From: an uncultured Gammaproteobacteria bacterium
Lineage (GTDB): Bacteria > Patescibacteriota > Microgenomatia > UBA12405
Length of the DNA: 64,000 nucleotides
Assembly: GCA_964448705.1 (NCBI GenBank)
Contig: CAYUZS010000003.1
Location: 73,384 to 137,383, forward strand
Direction of reading: 5' to 3'
Shown: in pieces, positions 29,661-39,240 of the stretch
How positions within the stretch are numbered: the first letter of the stretch is position 1
Layout: every line of letters starts with the position of its first letter
Translations under genes and position numbers: made by a program
The notes under the pieces: generated by a model
What the model was told of the DNA's origin: nothing
Database searches by the model: none
The model's input: only the letters and a program-made list of their open reading frames with translations

Positions 29661-30415
29661 TATGCAGATTTTAAATATAATGCCACAGACATTCCGCTGA
29701 TACCTAATAATACCAGAGCCAAAGTTTCCGCAATTCCTCCGGTTTCAGGTAGAGTTTCTGCCGTTGTATTGGCTGTAGTTGGTGTTGCAGACACTGTATT
29801 GTTAGTTGTGTTGTTTGTTGAAGTTGAAGTCGGGACCGGAGTTAAAGTTGGAGTCGAAGAGGGTGTAGTCGATGATGTTGTTGATGAAGTTATAGTGTAC
29901 GAACCGCTTTGATTCGATGAACAATCCACCACATCATTACCTGATTCATTAATAATATTAGTCTCAGCTACCGAACCGGCTTGACAGACATAATTTAAGG
30001 TCGCCGTCCCAGCTGCTTTTGCCTTAAAAGTAACTTTCAGAAGTTCATGTTTTGCTACCACTCCCACATAGACATTCGAGCTTAATGAAGGCAGTGTCAC
30101 TTCAAATGTTCCGGCAGCGTTATCGATAATCGGTGAACCTGTTGAGTATGTAAATTGATAGCCGTCATCAGGCACATCAGCTTTCACAATCGACACCACT
30201 TCCAGCTTTGAAGCATCAAATGTCGATTTGATATCCAGACCTATTACTTTATCAGCATTGGAATCAACTCCCAAAATTACGTCAAAAGTATCATTCACTT
30301 GTTTTGTCGCCGAAGTCGGATCCAAAGTAAAATGAGGCGCTGCCCAGGCTTTTACTGGAGTCACCGCCATTAAAGCGGCCGCCATCATTATTACTAATAA
30401 TCTTTTAGAATTCAT
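29660..30415 (-). CDS. cohesin-domain surface protein with LPXTG sortase anchor
   Basis: Signal peptide ending AWA. Cohesin-like block FDVILGVDSNADKVIGLDIKSTFDASKLEVVSI. C-terminal LPETG, then a hydrophobic helix and a Lys. Confidence 0.65.
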   Translation of the reverse strand: MNSKRLLVIMMAAALMAVTPVKAWAAPHFTLDPTSATKQVNDTFDVILGVDSNADKVIGLDIKSTFDASKLEVVSIVKADVPDDGYQFTYSTGSPIIDNAAGTFEVTLPSLSSNVYVGVVAKHELLKVTFKAKAAGTATLNYVCQAGSVAETNIINESGNDVVDCSSNQSGSYTITSSTTSSTTPSSTPTLTPVPTSTSTNNTTNNTVSATPTTANTTAETLPETGGIAETLALVLLGISGMSVALYLKSA

Positions 30416-31039
30416 TTATTTTGTCACCCTAACCGATAATTCATTACTTGAGAATGGCAAAACCTTGCTGGTTGCACTCTCTACAAACATAGTAGCAGAT
30501 TCTTTTGACTCATTGCCAGTACTTATTTTGAATGTAAAATCTCCCGATTTTAATGGCTTTACGGAAAAACTCATCAGGTTTAATTCATCATCCTTGTTTA
30601 CAGTTAAACCATCATCTTTAGAGATCAAAAATGTCGCTACTACTAATCCTTTTGTGTCACTGGCTTTACTAAAAACCGGTTCCGGCAAACGATCATCAAA
30701 AGTTAAACCGCTCACGGTAAAAGCCGAAGGATCATATTCCAGATAAACATTGATTGAATCCAAAGATCGATCCTCCTCTGCTTTTGCTTTAACTTCAATT
30801 TTTTCTGCTTTTCCTACAGTCATTTCCTCAGACGTTGCACCCAATTCAATCATATAAATCGGTTCAGTCGAAGTTGGTTTAACTCCTTCTGTTGGCGTAG
30901 AATTATCTACCACCTCACCTTTCCCGATTTTTACCTTGTTTATATTCAAGATCAACATCAGACTTTCTGCTAATACCAGAACTGCTATTACCGGAATAAC
31001 TTTTTTAACCCAATTTTTATTTTTATTGTTCATAATCAA
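30416..31039 (-). CDS. membrane-anchored cohesin-like domain protein
   Basis: N-terminal TM helix. IEVKAKAEEDRSLDSINVYLEYDPSAFTVSGLTF resembles a cohesin. Confidence 0.5.
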   Translation of the reverse strand: MIMNNKNKNWVKKVIPVIAVLVLAESLMLILNINKVKIGKGEVVDNSTPTEGVKPTSTEPIYMIELGATSEEMTVGKAEKIEVKAKAEEDRSLDSINVYLEYDPSAFTVSGLTFDDRLPEPVFSKASDTKGLVVATFLISKDDGLTVNKDDELNLMSFSVKPLKSGDFTFKISTGNESKESATMFVESATSKVLPFSSNELSVRVTK

Positions 31040-31053
31040 GTTTATTTAAACAT

Positions 31054-32277
31054 TTAATATAGCTGACTCTGTCTTTCACTTAACGATAACATCAGCAGAG
31101 ATAAATCCTGGGATTCCAGCTTACAGTTACCGTTCAAATCAGCTAACATATAACCACCTGTCCCAACTTCAGTTCTTTTAATCGATTCAGTCTTTACAAA
31201 AGAAAAGTCCAAACCGTCCACTACTCCATCTTGGCTTTCAGCAGTAGTGCCTGTCACATCGCCGGATAACAACGGATAACCGGTAAAATCAAAATTCTGG
31301 GTCGTCGCGGCGGAATTTGTCAGTCCGGATAATTCCCCTCCGGCTTTTTCGTAATAATCTGACTGATTATTAACTCCGTACTTCACTTGTAAATGTTTTG
31401 GACTCTTCACAAACACAGCCAAATTGTCGGTTGAATTGAAATTTCCCATATCTAATAAGATTTGGTAAACACCCAAACCATTTTTGTTTTCTTCTAGTTT
31501 ATTTGCAATCACATTTTCAAATACTTTGCTGGTGCCATTAGCTGCTCTTACTGTCACAGTTAAAGGCATATCCTGGGCGTCAGTACAATTATAATCAGCC
31601 CTCATTCCCAAAAAAGACATTTTGAATTTTAGTTGTAGACCTGTTTGCGTCGGTACCTGTGTTGGGGTCGGAGATAACGTCATTACTTGTGTTGGAGTCG
31701 GTGATGGTTGTTGTTCATTAACCAGATCCACAATTTCATAGCTTGTTCCCTCAACGCCTGTTACAGTGATATTTTTGTCGGTGTCACTCGCAGAGTTATC
31801 CCCTGTCATCATCGATTTTGTTTTATCAAGTTTTATTAGTCCCGAACCAAGACTGTTGCCTTTAAAAGTCATCGTCAAAGCTTTGCCTGTTGATAATAGT
31901 TGGTCTGCTGATCTCGATGAAGTTACCACTATCGTGGTACAAGTTTGGTCGGCGACATCGTTGGTTGCCATTATCGGACTGTCTCCAAACCCTGATTCAG
32001 TGTTGGGAACAACGCTTTCCAGGCTAATATTTTTTCCGTAACAAACTGTCGTCTGTACTCCGTCAACTTTAGAATCACTGGAAGTGTAATACCATAATTG
32101 TGTTTGGAAAGTACCTCCAACCACATCCCTGATCTTTGCCCCTGGTAAGACTTTCAAAGTTGAAGTGTCAAATGCCGCCCCTTTTCTCATCTCCTGATTT
32201 TGGTTTACCAAAACAAGACCTCCGACTAAAGCGCCTAAAATCAATAGTATTGGCAATATTATTTTCGTTTTTGTCAT
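31054..32277 (-). CDS. membrane-anchored protein with N-terminal cohesin-like and C-terminal dockerin-like modules
   Basis: TM helix then LVNQNQEMRKGA, a cohesin-like N-terminal domain and PT linkers. C-terminus has DGVVDGLDFS and ADLNGNCKLESQDLS. Confidence 0.5.
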   Translation of the reverse strand: MTKTKIILPILLILGALVGGLVLVNQNQEMRKGAAFDTSTLKVLPGAKIRDVVGGTFQTQLWYYTSSDSKVDGVQTTVCYGKNISLESVVPNTESGFGDSPIMATNDVADQTCTTIVVTSSRSADQLLSTGKALTMTFKGNSLGSGLIKLDKTKSMMTGDNSASDTDKNITVTGVEGTSYEIVDLVNEQQPSPTPTQVMTLSPTPTQVPTQTGLQLKFKMSFLGMRADYNCTDAQDMPLTVTVRAANGTSKVFENVIANKLEENKNGLGVYQILLDMGNFNSTDNLAVFVKSPKHLQVKYGVNNQSDYYEKAGGELSGLTNSAATTQNFDFTGYPLLSGDVTGTTAESQDGVVDGLDFSFVKTESIKRTEVGTGGYMLADLNGNCKLESQDLSLLMLSLSERQSQLY

Positions 32278-32283
32278 TTATTT

Positions 32284-34269
32284 TTATAAACCATTTATAA
32301 AGTTTGTTCTCCAAATAGAGATATCATTTATTGTAATCAAACCATCACAGTCAAAATCTGCCCGCCAATCATTTCTATTAACTTCTCCCAGCTGTCCAGT
32401 AATGAATTCTGATCTCCAAATTGATGCATCATTAATGGTGATTGAACCACTGCAGTCAGCATTTCCTTTCCCTTTTGCCGTCGGATCATTGGCGCATTGA
32501 GTACATTTAAGTGGTAAAGCCGGACAGGCAGTCATATCTGTTGTCCAGGTACCGTTGGCTGATGGACAACAATATTGTCTGCCGCCGCAGGATGCTATTA
32601 GTTTTGCAGCACTACAAATTGTTTCATTAGCTGTACCGTCACTATCCGGAGGAGTGCAGCTTCGCAGGACACTTTGATTAAATCCGTTTGCATTAGTAAT
32701 TCCCGGACACTCTTCACGGCAGCTGTTTCCTGATCCTGTTGTTGGTGTTGCTGTTGGTGTTCTTCCGCCACCGGTTGTTGGTGTTGCGGTAGGTAATCTT
32801 ATTGAACCGCTAGTTGGAGTTAATGTTCTGGTTGGGGTTAATGTTCTGGTTGGACTTAATATTCTGGTTGGAGTTGGAGTATTACATGGATGGTCCAACA
32901 GATTTCCACAGCCTGTACCGGAATAATATCCACCAATGCATCTACAAGTTGCTGTCGGCACTGCAGTTACCGTAATTTGTCGACAACATATTCCTCCGGC
33001 AATTATTCCTGTTCTTTCATAGCCGGATCCGCAGTCAGAAATTCCGTATCGGGCCGTTGATCCGCTGGGACATGAACCTGCTAAAGTTGGAGTTGCTGTC
33101 GGTCTGCGTGTCGGAGTTGCTGTTGGTCTGGTTGTCAGAGTCGGAGTTCGTGGTATACAGCATCTTGAAGACGGAGAAGAACAATTGCTTTGTCCGACAT
33201 CAGTTTCTCCGCTGTTGCATGGTGTCCGACACACTCCAGTTGTGCCATTATACTGACAGTTATTCACCGGGGTTTGTTCACAACAAATTCCACCGGCAAT
33301 ATTTCCTGTCTTATCGTAACCCGAACCGCAATCGGAAATTCCGTATCGGGCTGTTGAACCGCTGGGACAAGCTGCTAAATTACAATCACCAGTGGAAGCG
33401 TTACACGAAGTGCTGCAGGTTTTCACAAATGTCCAAAATTTATTTGTCGACATATTGGCCTGGTTACAGTGATACAGATCATTTCCGGTGCATTTATAGG
33501 CATTTAGAGTACTACAAGCTGAAGAAGTTGGGGTCGGAGTTAAAGCTCTACAACAAATTCCCCCGGCAATTGTTCCTTCGTTTTTATATCCGGATCCGCA
33601 GTCTAGAATTCCGTATCGGGCTGTTGAACCGCTGGGACAAGCCGCTAAATTACAATCAGCTATTGAGGAATTACATGAAGTGCTGCAGGTTTTCACAAAT
33701 GTCCAGAATTTATTTGTCGACATGCTGGCTTGATTGCAGTGATAGAGGTCGTTTCCGGTACATTTATAGGTATTAACTGTACTACAAGCTGAAGAAGTTG
33801 GACCTGCCGTCGGTGCTCTGGTCGGAGTTAATGTTGCTGTTGCACAGCTGGAATCACTGACACAATTTGAAGCCGGACAAGCCGAACTGGAATTTATTGT
33901 TACTGTTGAGGAGTTACATTTCCCACTGCCGCAAGTTCTAACTGTACACTGTCTAGTTGCTGGAGTCGCTGTCGGGTTAACTACTGGCCTTTTACAAATA
34001 CAGGTGGCATAAGAACCGGAACCCGTACAGTCTTGCGGAGTAAATCCGGGACAACATGACAAACCGTTAGCATAAGTTCCACCCTCTGGGACACAGTAAG
34101 ACGCCAAATTTCTGGTATCCTGGTTATTTTGCACCAATTTTGTCGCTGCCGGAACCGCAATTGCCATCAGCAATAAGCCAATTAACAGAGGAATTTCTGC
34201 CAAACCTTTATTTTTCTTAAAAAAAACTGAAAACATTTTTTCTTGTAAAGAATGAGTCATTTTCGACAA
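32284..34269 (-). CDS. large Cys-rich repeat surface protein with PT-rich linkers and C-terminal dockerin
   Basis: 661 aa. TM helix then LVQNNQDTRNLA, two 90-aa tandem Cys-rich units and three CPSGSTARYGxxDCGSGY...IAGGICC modules. C-terminal dockerin repeats NADCSGSITINDASIW and DFDCDGLITINDISIW. Confidence 0.6.
   Translation of the reverse strand: MSKMTHSLQEKMFSVFFKKNKGLAEIPLLIGLLLMAIAVPAATKLVQNNQDTRNLASYCVPEGGTYANGLSCCPGFTPQDCTGSGSYATCICKRPVVNPTATPATRQCTVRTCGSGKCNSSTVTINSSSACPASNCVSDSSCATATLTPTRAPTAGPTSSACSTVNTYKCTGNDLYHCNQASMSTNKFWTFVKTCSTSCNSSIADCNLAACPSGSTARYGILDCGSGYKNEGTIAGGICCRALTPTPTSSACSTLNAYKCTGNDLYHCNQANMSTNKFWTFVKTCSTSCNASTGDCNLAACPSGSTARYGISDCGSGYDKTGNIAGGICCEQTPVNNCQYNGTTGVCRTPCNSGETDVGQSNCSSPSSRCCIPRTPTLTTRPTATPTRRPTATPTLAGSCPSGSTARYGISDCGSGYERTGIIAGGICCRQITVTAVPTATCRCIGGYYSGTGCGNLLDHPCNTPTPTRILSPTRTLTPTRTLTPTSGSIRLPTATPTTGGGRTPTATPTTGSGNSCREECPGITNANGFNQSVLRSCTPPDSDGTANETICSAAKLIASCGGRQYCCPSANGTWTTDMTACPALPLKCTQCANDPTAKGKGNADCSGSITINDASIWRSEFITGQLGEVNRNDWRADFDCDGLITINDISIWRTNFINGL
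33256..33795 (-). repeat. two tandem ~270-nt coding repeats inside the Cys-rich protein gene
   Basis: aa 159-248 and aa 249-338 are near-identical. DNA blocks such as ATTCCGTATCGGGCTGTTGAACCGCTGGGACAAGC recur. A third partial copy lies at 32983-33072. Confidence 0.85.
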
Positions 34270-34352
34270 TCGTTTTATAAAAACCGTATATTACTAATAA
34301 AAAAGTAAACCATTTTTGATTTTTATCGTCAATGTATCAAATGTGAACATCT

Positions 34353-34955
34353 TTACCGTACATTAAAAAATACCTCTCTTACCAGCAATTTTGTTACCAT
34401 TACCCCCGATTTTATTACTAACGAAATGTCATATTTAACACTTTTGTTTCGCACATAATTCATATCGCTTTTCATCCATTCCTCAAATTTCATCCGGTGA
34501 TAGCCTTCCACTACCCAGGGAGAAACTATCCCCGGCATAACCTTTTCCCTTTCTTTCCGATACTTATCCTCAATTTTCTTCTCTTCCCCTACCGGCAATG
34601 GTCTCGGTCCGATAAAAGACATTTCTCCGCCTAAAATATTAAACAACTGCGGCAGTTCATCCAAACCGGTGTGAAATAGAAATCTTCCGATTTTGGTAAG
34701 TCTGGGATCATTGTGAATTTTAAAAACCGGACCGTCAGCTTCGTTCAGATAAGCATAATCCACTTGTTGTTTATCCGCCCCTTTTCTCATTGTCCTGAAT
34801 TTATACATTTTAAAAATTCTTCCTTTCCAACCGACTCTTTTCTGAATATATAAAATCGGCCGCCCTTCACCTATTAATAGTATTAATGACAAAATAACAA
34901 TTACCGGCAATAATATGATTATCAAAACCAGTGCCAAAAACCTTTCTATTTTCAT
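34353..34955 (-). CDS. initiating polyprenyl-phosphate sugar-phosphate transferase (bacterial sugar transferase family)
   Basis: One TM helix then RPILYIQKRVGWKGRIFKMYKFRTM...GPRPL. Confidence 0.85.
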   Translation of the reverse strand: MKIERFLALVLIIILLPVIVILSLILLIGEGRPILYIQKRVGWKGRIFKMYKFRTMRKGADKQQVDYAYLNEADGPVFKIHNDPRLTKIGRFLFHTGLDELPQLFNILGGEMSFIGPRPLPVGEEKKIEDKYRKEREKVMPGIVSPWVVEGYHRMKFEEWMKSDMNYVRNKSVKYDISLVIKSGVMVTKLLVREVFFNVR

Positions 34956-36186
34956 TTTTCTTTCCTTCCTTCTTATCTTACCAATCTTTGGCAAATCCAT
35001 TGATTACCAAGAGTCGATCATTTTTTACGGCCTGCCTTTTTTCTTCTTTCTGAATATTATTCCTCAACTTAAAACTTTTCGTCTTTCTCGTTTGTCTGTT
35101 TTTGTTCAAATTACTCTGATTATCCTGTATATTATTTCTGCCATTTTATCTTTCAATCCCGGATATTCCTATTATTCATTTTTTATTTTTCTTACTGTCC
35201 TGTCCATTCTCAACCTCTCTTTCGTTTATATTCAGGATTTTGATATTTTCTACCGATTCATTATCATTTTTTCCTGTTTCTACTCCCTTATTTTTATCCT
35301 TTCCAGGAATGGAATTATTTCCCTACTTCCCAAAATTAGTAATGATAATTTTATTCTCCAAAACTGGGGTCATAGTTACCTGGCTGATTTTCTAATTTTC
35401 CCCATCATTATTCTTATTTCTAAAATTAGTAAAAATAATTTCAAATACTTTCTACCTTTAGTTGTTTTTCTGTCAACTTCTTTAATCCTCACCAATTCCC
35501 GTTCTGTTCTGGTAGCCGTTATTTTGGGAATACTTTTTCTATCCCCCAAAAACAAACTTTATTCGCATTTAAAAGAAGTTACCTTAATTTGTTTAGTCTT
35601 CGGTCTTGTTTATATCTTTCAACACAAAGATCCTACCAGTTATCGTTTCACTTATTGGCAGCAGGCCATCGTCAATTTTCAAGAATCGCCTTTGTGGGGC
35701 AAAGGCCCGGAAACTTTCAATGCTTTTAATACCAGATATGCCCACAATTCCGTTTTGGAATATCTTTCCGGCAATGGTCTTATTTTCACCTTTATTTTTT
35801 GCCTATCCGTTCTCTCGGGTCTTGTCCGCCAATATCGAAAAAATAATCTTCTTTTTTGCCTCGGTCTGGCTGCATTTATTAATTCTCTTCTTGGTTCCTC
35901 TTGGTCCTCTCCGGGAATTCTTGTCATCAGCCTGATATTTTTATTTCATGGCGGTCATCCATCAAATCGATTCAAGCAAAGCCCTGTTTTTTTAACCGTT
36001 TTATCAGTTTTGATTTTCCTTTTCTTTCTCTCTAAAACTTCTTCTGACTATTTTTTTCTCCAAAAGAATTATTCTCTTAGTTTGAAACTCGATCCGTTTA
36101 ATCTCAATTCTCTTTTAATGACTCCCGACTCTCCCAACCTTCAAAGGTTTTATCCCCACCGACAGAAATTTTATTTCGTTCCCTAG
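34915..36186 (+). CDS. O-antigen ligase/polymerase-like (Wzy_C) membrane protein
   Basis: About 10 TM helices, NSRSVLVAVILG and AHNSVLEYLSGNG loop motifs. The start is uncertain because it overlaps the divergent gene. Confidence 0.6.
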   Translation: MIIKTSAKNLSIFIFLSFLLILPIFGKSIDYQESIIFYGLPFFFFLNIIPQLKTFRLSRLSVFVQITLIILYIISAILSFNPGYSYYSFFIFLTVLSILNLSFVYIQDFDIFYRFIIIFSCFYSLIFILSRNGIISLLPKISNDNFILQNWGHSYLADFLIFPIIILISKISKNNFKYFLPLVVFLSTSLILTNSRSVLVAVILGILFLSPKNKLYSHLKEVTLICLVFGLVYIFQHKDPTSYRFTYWQQAIVNFQESPLWGKGPETFNAFNTRYAHNSVLEYLSGNGLIFTFIFCLSVLSGLVRQYRKNNLLFCLGLAAFINSLLGSSWSSPGILVISLIFLFHGGHPSNRFKQSPVFLTVLSVLIFLFFLSKTSSDYFFLQKNYSLSLKLDPFNLNSLLMTPDSPNLQRFYPHRQKFYFVP

Positions 36187-36194
36187 TAAAACAA

Positions 36195-37481
36195 ATGAAG
36201 CTTAAAATCACTTCCCGTAAATCCCAACTCTACCTCTTTGTAATTATCGAAATAATTTTTCTTGTTCTCTGTATTTTTGTTAAAAAACCACTAATTACCA
36301 CCACTCCTTTCGAATATGATGAACCGGATTATGTGGCAAATTCAATCCTTCTGAGCCACTTTCGACAATATCACCCCGACGACATCTATTGGTCCCAAAT
36401 AATTGCTTACGATCAGCCCCATCTGTATCACTATCTCTGTGGTTTGTTTTTGGAAAATACATATCATCAGCCGATTGATCAGATTCTTAAAAATAATGAT
36501 TTATTCAATAGCCCAGGAAATCCGTTTCTGGGCATTGGCAAAAAAGTCGACGGAAAATCTTTGGACGATCCGTTCATCCAAACCCATGAAAAAGCCTTTC
36601 GGGTTATCCTCTCTGCGCGCACTTTATCTTTCATCTTCTATTTCCTAACCGGTACAATTTTAATTTCTATTTTTTATTGCCTGAAAATTATTGGATTCAG
36701 CCCCTTGCTGTTGGTTATTCTTTTATCACCATATGTATTTTCCACCTCTATTTATGCCATTTCAGACGGACTGCTTCTCTTAACAATTTCCCTATCTACT
36801 CTTCTCTCGATTCTTTATCTCCGGTATCCTAAAAAACACTTCCTATTTATAGTTTTACTTGGAATTAGCTGCGGCCTGGCTCTTTCTACCAAGCTCAACG
36901 GCGGCCTGACTATCTTCACCGGACTTTTGGCAATTATAGTCTCAATCAAATCTTCCAAAAACATTAAAATTCATATTCTGGATACATTTATTTTATTAAC
37001 TACATCACTTTCTGTTTTTATTTTTCTGAATCCTTTCCTCTATATCAACACTTTTCAAAATATTATTCATATTTTTCAATACAGAATGTATGTTGGGGAT
37101 ATAAATAGTGTAATGCTTCCCGAAGAAGCCTTACCCGGCAGTTACCTCAACAAATTTATATTTTTTTCAAAAAGGATCTATTCCATAGTTGGTCTTTCCC
37201 CCACCACATCATTTCTTCTTATCATTTTTTCCATTTTTGCATCCCTCTACATTATCTGTTTCTACGCTTTCAATAGAATAAACAGCCTTCACCGCCCCAA
37301 ACTAAATTTACTTCTCAGTTCCCTCCTTACTTTTACTATTGTTTTTCTTTATATCCCCATGGATTGGCAGCGATATTATCTTCCGGCTCTAATTTCTAAT
37401 GTTTTCCTATTAGCCCTTGATCTTTATTTTTTAATAAAAATTTTTGGAAAAAGATTTTTACTAAAAACCATCCGATCCTAA
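36195..37481 (+). CDS. GT-C fold membrane glycosyltransferase (ArnT/PMT-like)
   Basis: 428 aa polytopic protein with an acidic first-loop motif FEYDEPDY. Confidence 0.55.
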   Translation: MKLKITSRKSQLYLFVIIEIIFLVLCIFVKKPLITTTPFEYDEPDYVANSILLSHFRQYHPDDIYWSQIIAYDQPHLYHYLCGLFLENTYHQPIDQILKNNDLFNSPGNPFLGIGKKVDGKSLDDPFIQTHEKAFRVILSARTLSFIFYFLTGTILISIFYCLKIIGFSPLLLVILLSPYVFSTSIYAISDGLLLLTISLSTLLSILYLRYPKKHFLFIVLLGISCGLALSTKLNGGLTIFTGLLAIIVSIKSSKNIKIHILDTFILLTTSLSVFIFLNPFLYINTFQNIIHIFQYRMYVGDINSVMLPEEALPGSYLNKFIFFSKRIYSIVGLSPTTSFLLIIFSIFASLYIICFYAFNRINSLHRPKLNLLLSSLLTFTIVFLYIPMDWQRYYLPALISNVFLLALDLYFLIKIFGKRFLLKTIRS

Positions 37482-38115
37482 GATACCTTTTTCCCAATCT
37501 TTCTGGCTCCTCTAGCAATCTAAACAGCCATTCACCTCCGTTATTTCTAATCCACTTGGGTGCCTGTCTCTTGTTTCCGCTCAAAAAATCAAACGCCGCC
37601 CCCACTGTCACATAAGTATTGTTAGGAATTTCCCTAAACAGTCTATCCGCCATTTCAATTTGTTTTTTAGCGCCTAAACCAATCCAGACAATCTTTTTGT
37701 TTCTGTCTTTTAACTCCCGAACTATTTTTCGATAATCTTTCTCCTCAAATTTTTCTTTATATGGCATCACCACATATTCCCCAAACTTGGAAAAATAATC
37801 CTTGTTTTTTATATCTCCGATAAATACATTATTTTTCCACCCGCTTTCCAAAACAGCTTTCATCAAATCAGGGCCGTAAACTCTTTCTGCTTTTTTATTT
37901 GTTTTTCTTAAAGCCCAAACCAAAGGCACTCCGTCTGCAGTTAATAAGTTTCCTTTTTCCAATATATTCTTAATATTTTTATCTTTCTCCGCCATCATCA
38001 TCTCATTTAAAGTACAGCAATACACTACCCCCTTGTTCTCAAGCATCCATTCTCTGGTTTCCATTAAACTCAAACTACTTATATCCAACCCTAAAATGTT
38101 AACTTTATTCTTCAC
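37396..38115 (-). CDS. WecB/TagA/CpsF-family glycosyltransferase (GT26)
   Basis: ADGVPLVWA, GPDLM, VGAAFDFLSGNKRQAPKW and EWLFRLLEEPERLGKRY. Confidence 0.8.
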   Translation of the reverse strand: MKNKVNILGLDISSLSLMETREWMLENKGVVYCCTLNEMMMAEKDKNIKNILEKGNLLTADGVPLVWALRKTNKKAERVYGPDLMKAVLESGWKNNVFIGDIKNKDYFSKFGEYVVMPYKEKFEEKDYRKIVRELKDRNKKIVWIGLGAKKQIEMADRLFREIPNNTYVTVGAAFDFLSGNKRQAPKWIRNNGGEWLFRLLEEPERLGKRYLRIGWFLVKIFFQKFLLKNKDQGLIGKH

Positions 38116-39215
38116 TCTGGAATCAAATTCTTAATTTGTTTTGTAAAAATTGCCTCCGAAAATTTATTCGCCGACTTTCTACACTCGCCTTCACTAATCT
38201 TCAGTCTGTCTAATCTTTTCATGGCCTCAAACAAACCATCTTCCGTATAATTAGAAAACAAAACACCATTCTTTCCATCATCAACAGTTTCTTTAACTCC
38301 ACCGGAGTTATAAGCCACCACTGGAATTCCTGTTTTTAATGCCTCTACCGGCACTATTCCAAAATCCTCATCCTTTGAAGCAAATAACAAAGCTTTGGCC
38401 TGACTCATAATCTCTAGTTTTCTTTTTTCCTCGCAATTTCCAACAAATTTTATCGTTTCTCCGGCTGCCTTTTGAAGTTTTTGACTCTCATCGCCATCCC
38501 CCACCACCACCAATGAAATTTTATTTTTACTGCAGGTTTTCACTGCCAAATCAATTCCCTTTTGTTTTACTAATCGGGAAAGACAAACATAATAATCTTT
38601 TCTCTCGCCGGCTTCCCCAATACTCTTAACTTCCACCGGTGGGTATACTATTTCAGCTTTTCGTCGGTAATATCTTTTAATTCTCTGTTGTACATTTCTG
38701 GAATTTGCAACTACTATATCAGCTCTTTTTGATCCATTTTTATCTATTGCCCTTAATATCTCTTTTATCGGCCAAAATAAATATTTCCAGACTCCTGATC
38801 TTATCCAGTTTATTTCATTGAATTCTTCGTATAAATATCGTGGTGGTGTATGGATATAAGATAAGTGAAAGGCCCCTTTTCTTTTTTTTACATTTTTCGA
38901 CATAAATGAGTGTGATGAAGAAATCACTAGATCATAATCCTGTAAATTTAGAAACTCCCAATAAATCCAAGAAAAAATTTTAATTACTGAAATATATTTA
39001 CTAACTTTATTTTTATGAATCAATCCTTGAAAAACGGAAGTATAAATTCTAATTGCCGGATATTTTTTCTCGATTTTTTGTCTGGCTGCCGGAACTATAA
39101 ACAATGTATAAACATCTGCTTTTGGATAAATTTTCAAAAAACTGTCAATCACTTTTTCAGCCCCGCCAAATTCCATAATTATATCCGATATTATCGCCAC
39201 CTTCTTTTTCTTCAT
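38112..39215 (-). CDS. GT4-family glycosyltransferase
   Basis: GT-B fold with a C-terminal EDFGIVPVEALKTGIPVVAYNSGG motif. Confidence 0.8.
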   Translation of the reverse strand: MKKKKVAIISDIIMEFGGAEKVIDSFLKIYPKADVYTLFIVPAARQKIEKKYPAIRIYTSVFQGLIHKNKVSKYISVIKIFSWIYWEFLNLQDYDLVISSSHSFMSKNVKKRKGAFHLSYIHTPPRYLYEEFNEINWIRSGVWKYLFWPIKEILRAIDKNGSKRADIVVANSRNVQQRIKRYYRRKAEIVYPPVEVKSIGEAGERKDYYVCLSRLVKQKGIDLAVKTCSKNKISLVVVGDGDESQKLQKAAGETIKFVGNCEEKRKLEIMSQAKALLFASKDEDFGIVPVEALKTGIPVVAYNSGGVKETVDDGKNGVLFSNYTEDGLFEAMKRLDRLKISEGECRKSANKFSEAIFTKQIKNLIPE

Positions 39216-39240
39216 CTTACTAATTATAATCTACTCAGAC

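Noticed and set aside
33057-33776. 239-aa plus-strand ORF
   Set aside because: It lies antisense to the tandem Cys-rich repeats. Its own internal repetition simply mirrors the minus-strand repeats and its composition is odd. It is a shadow ORF.
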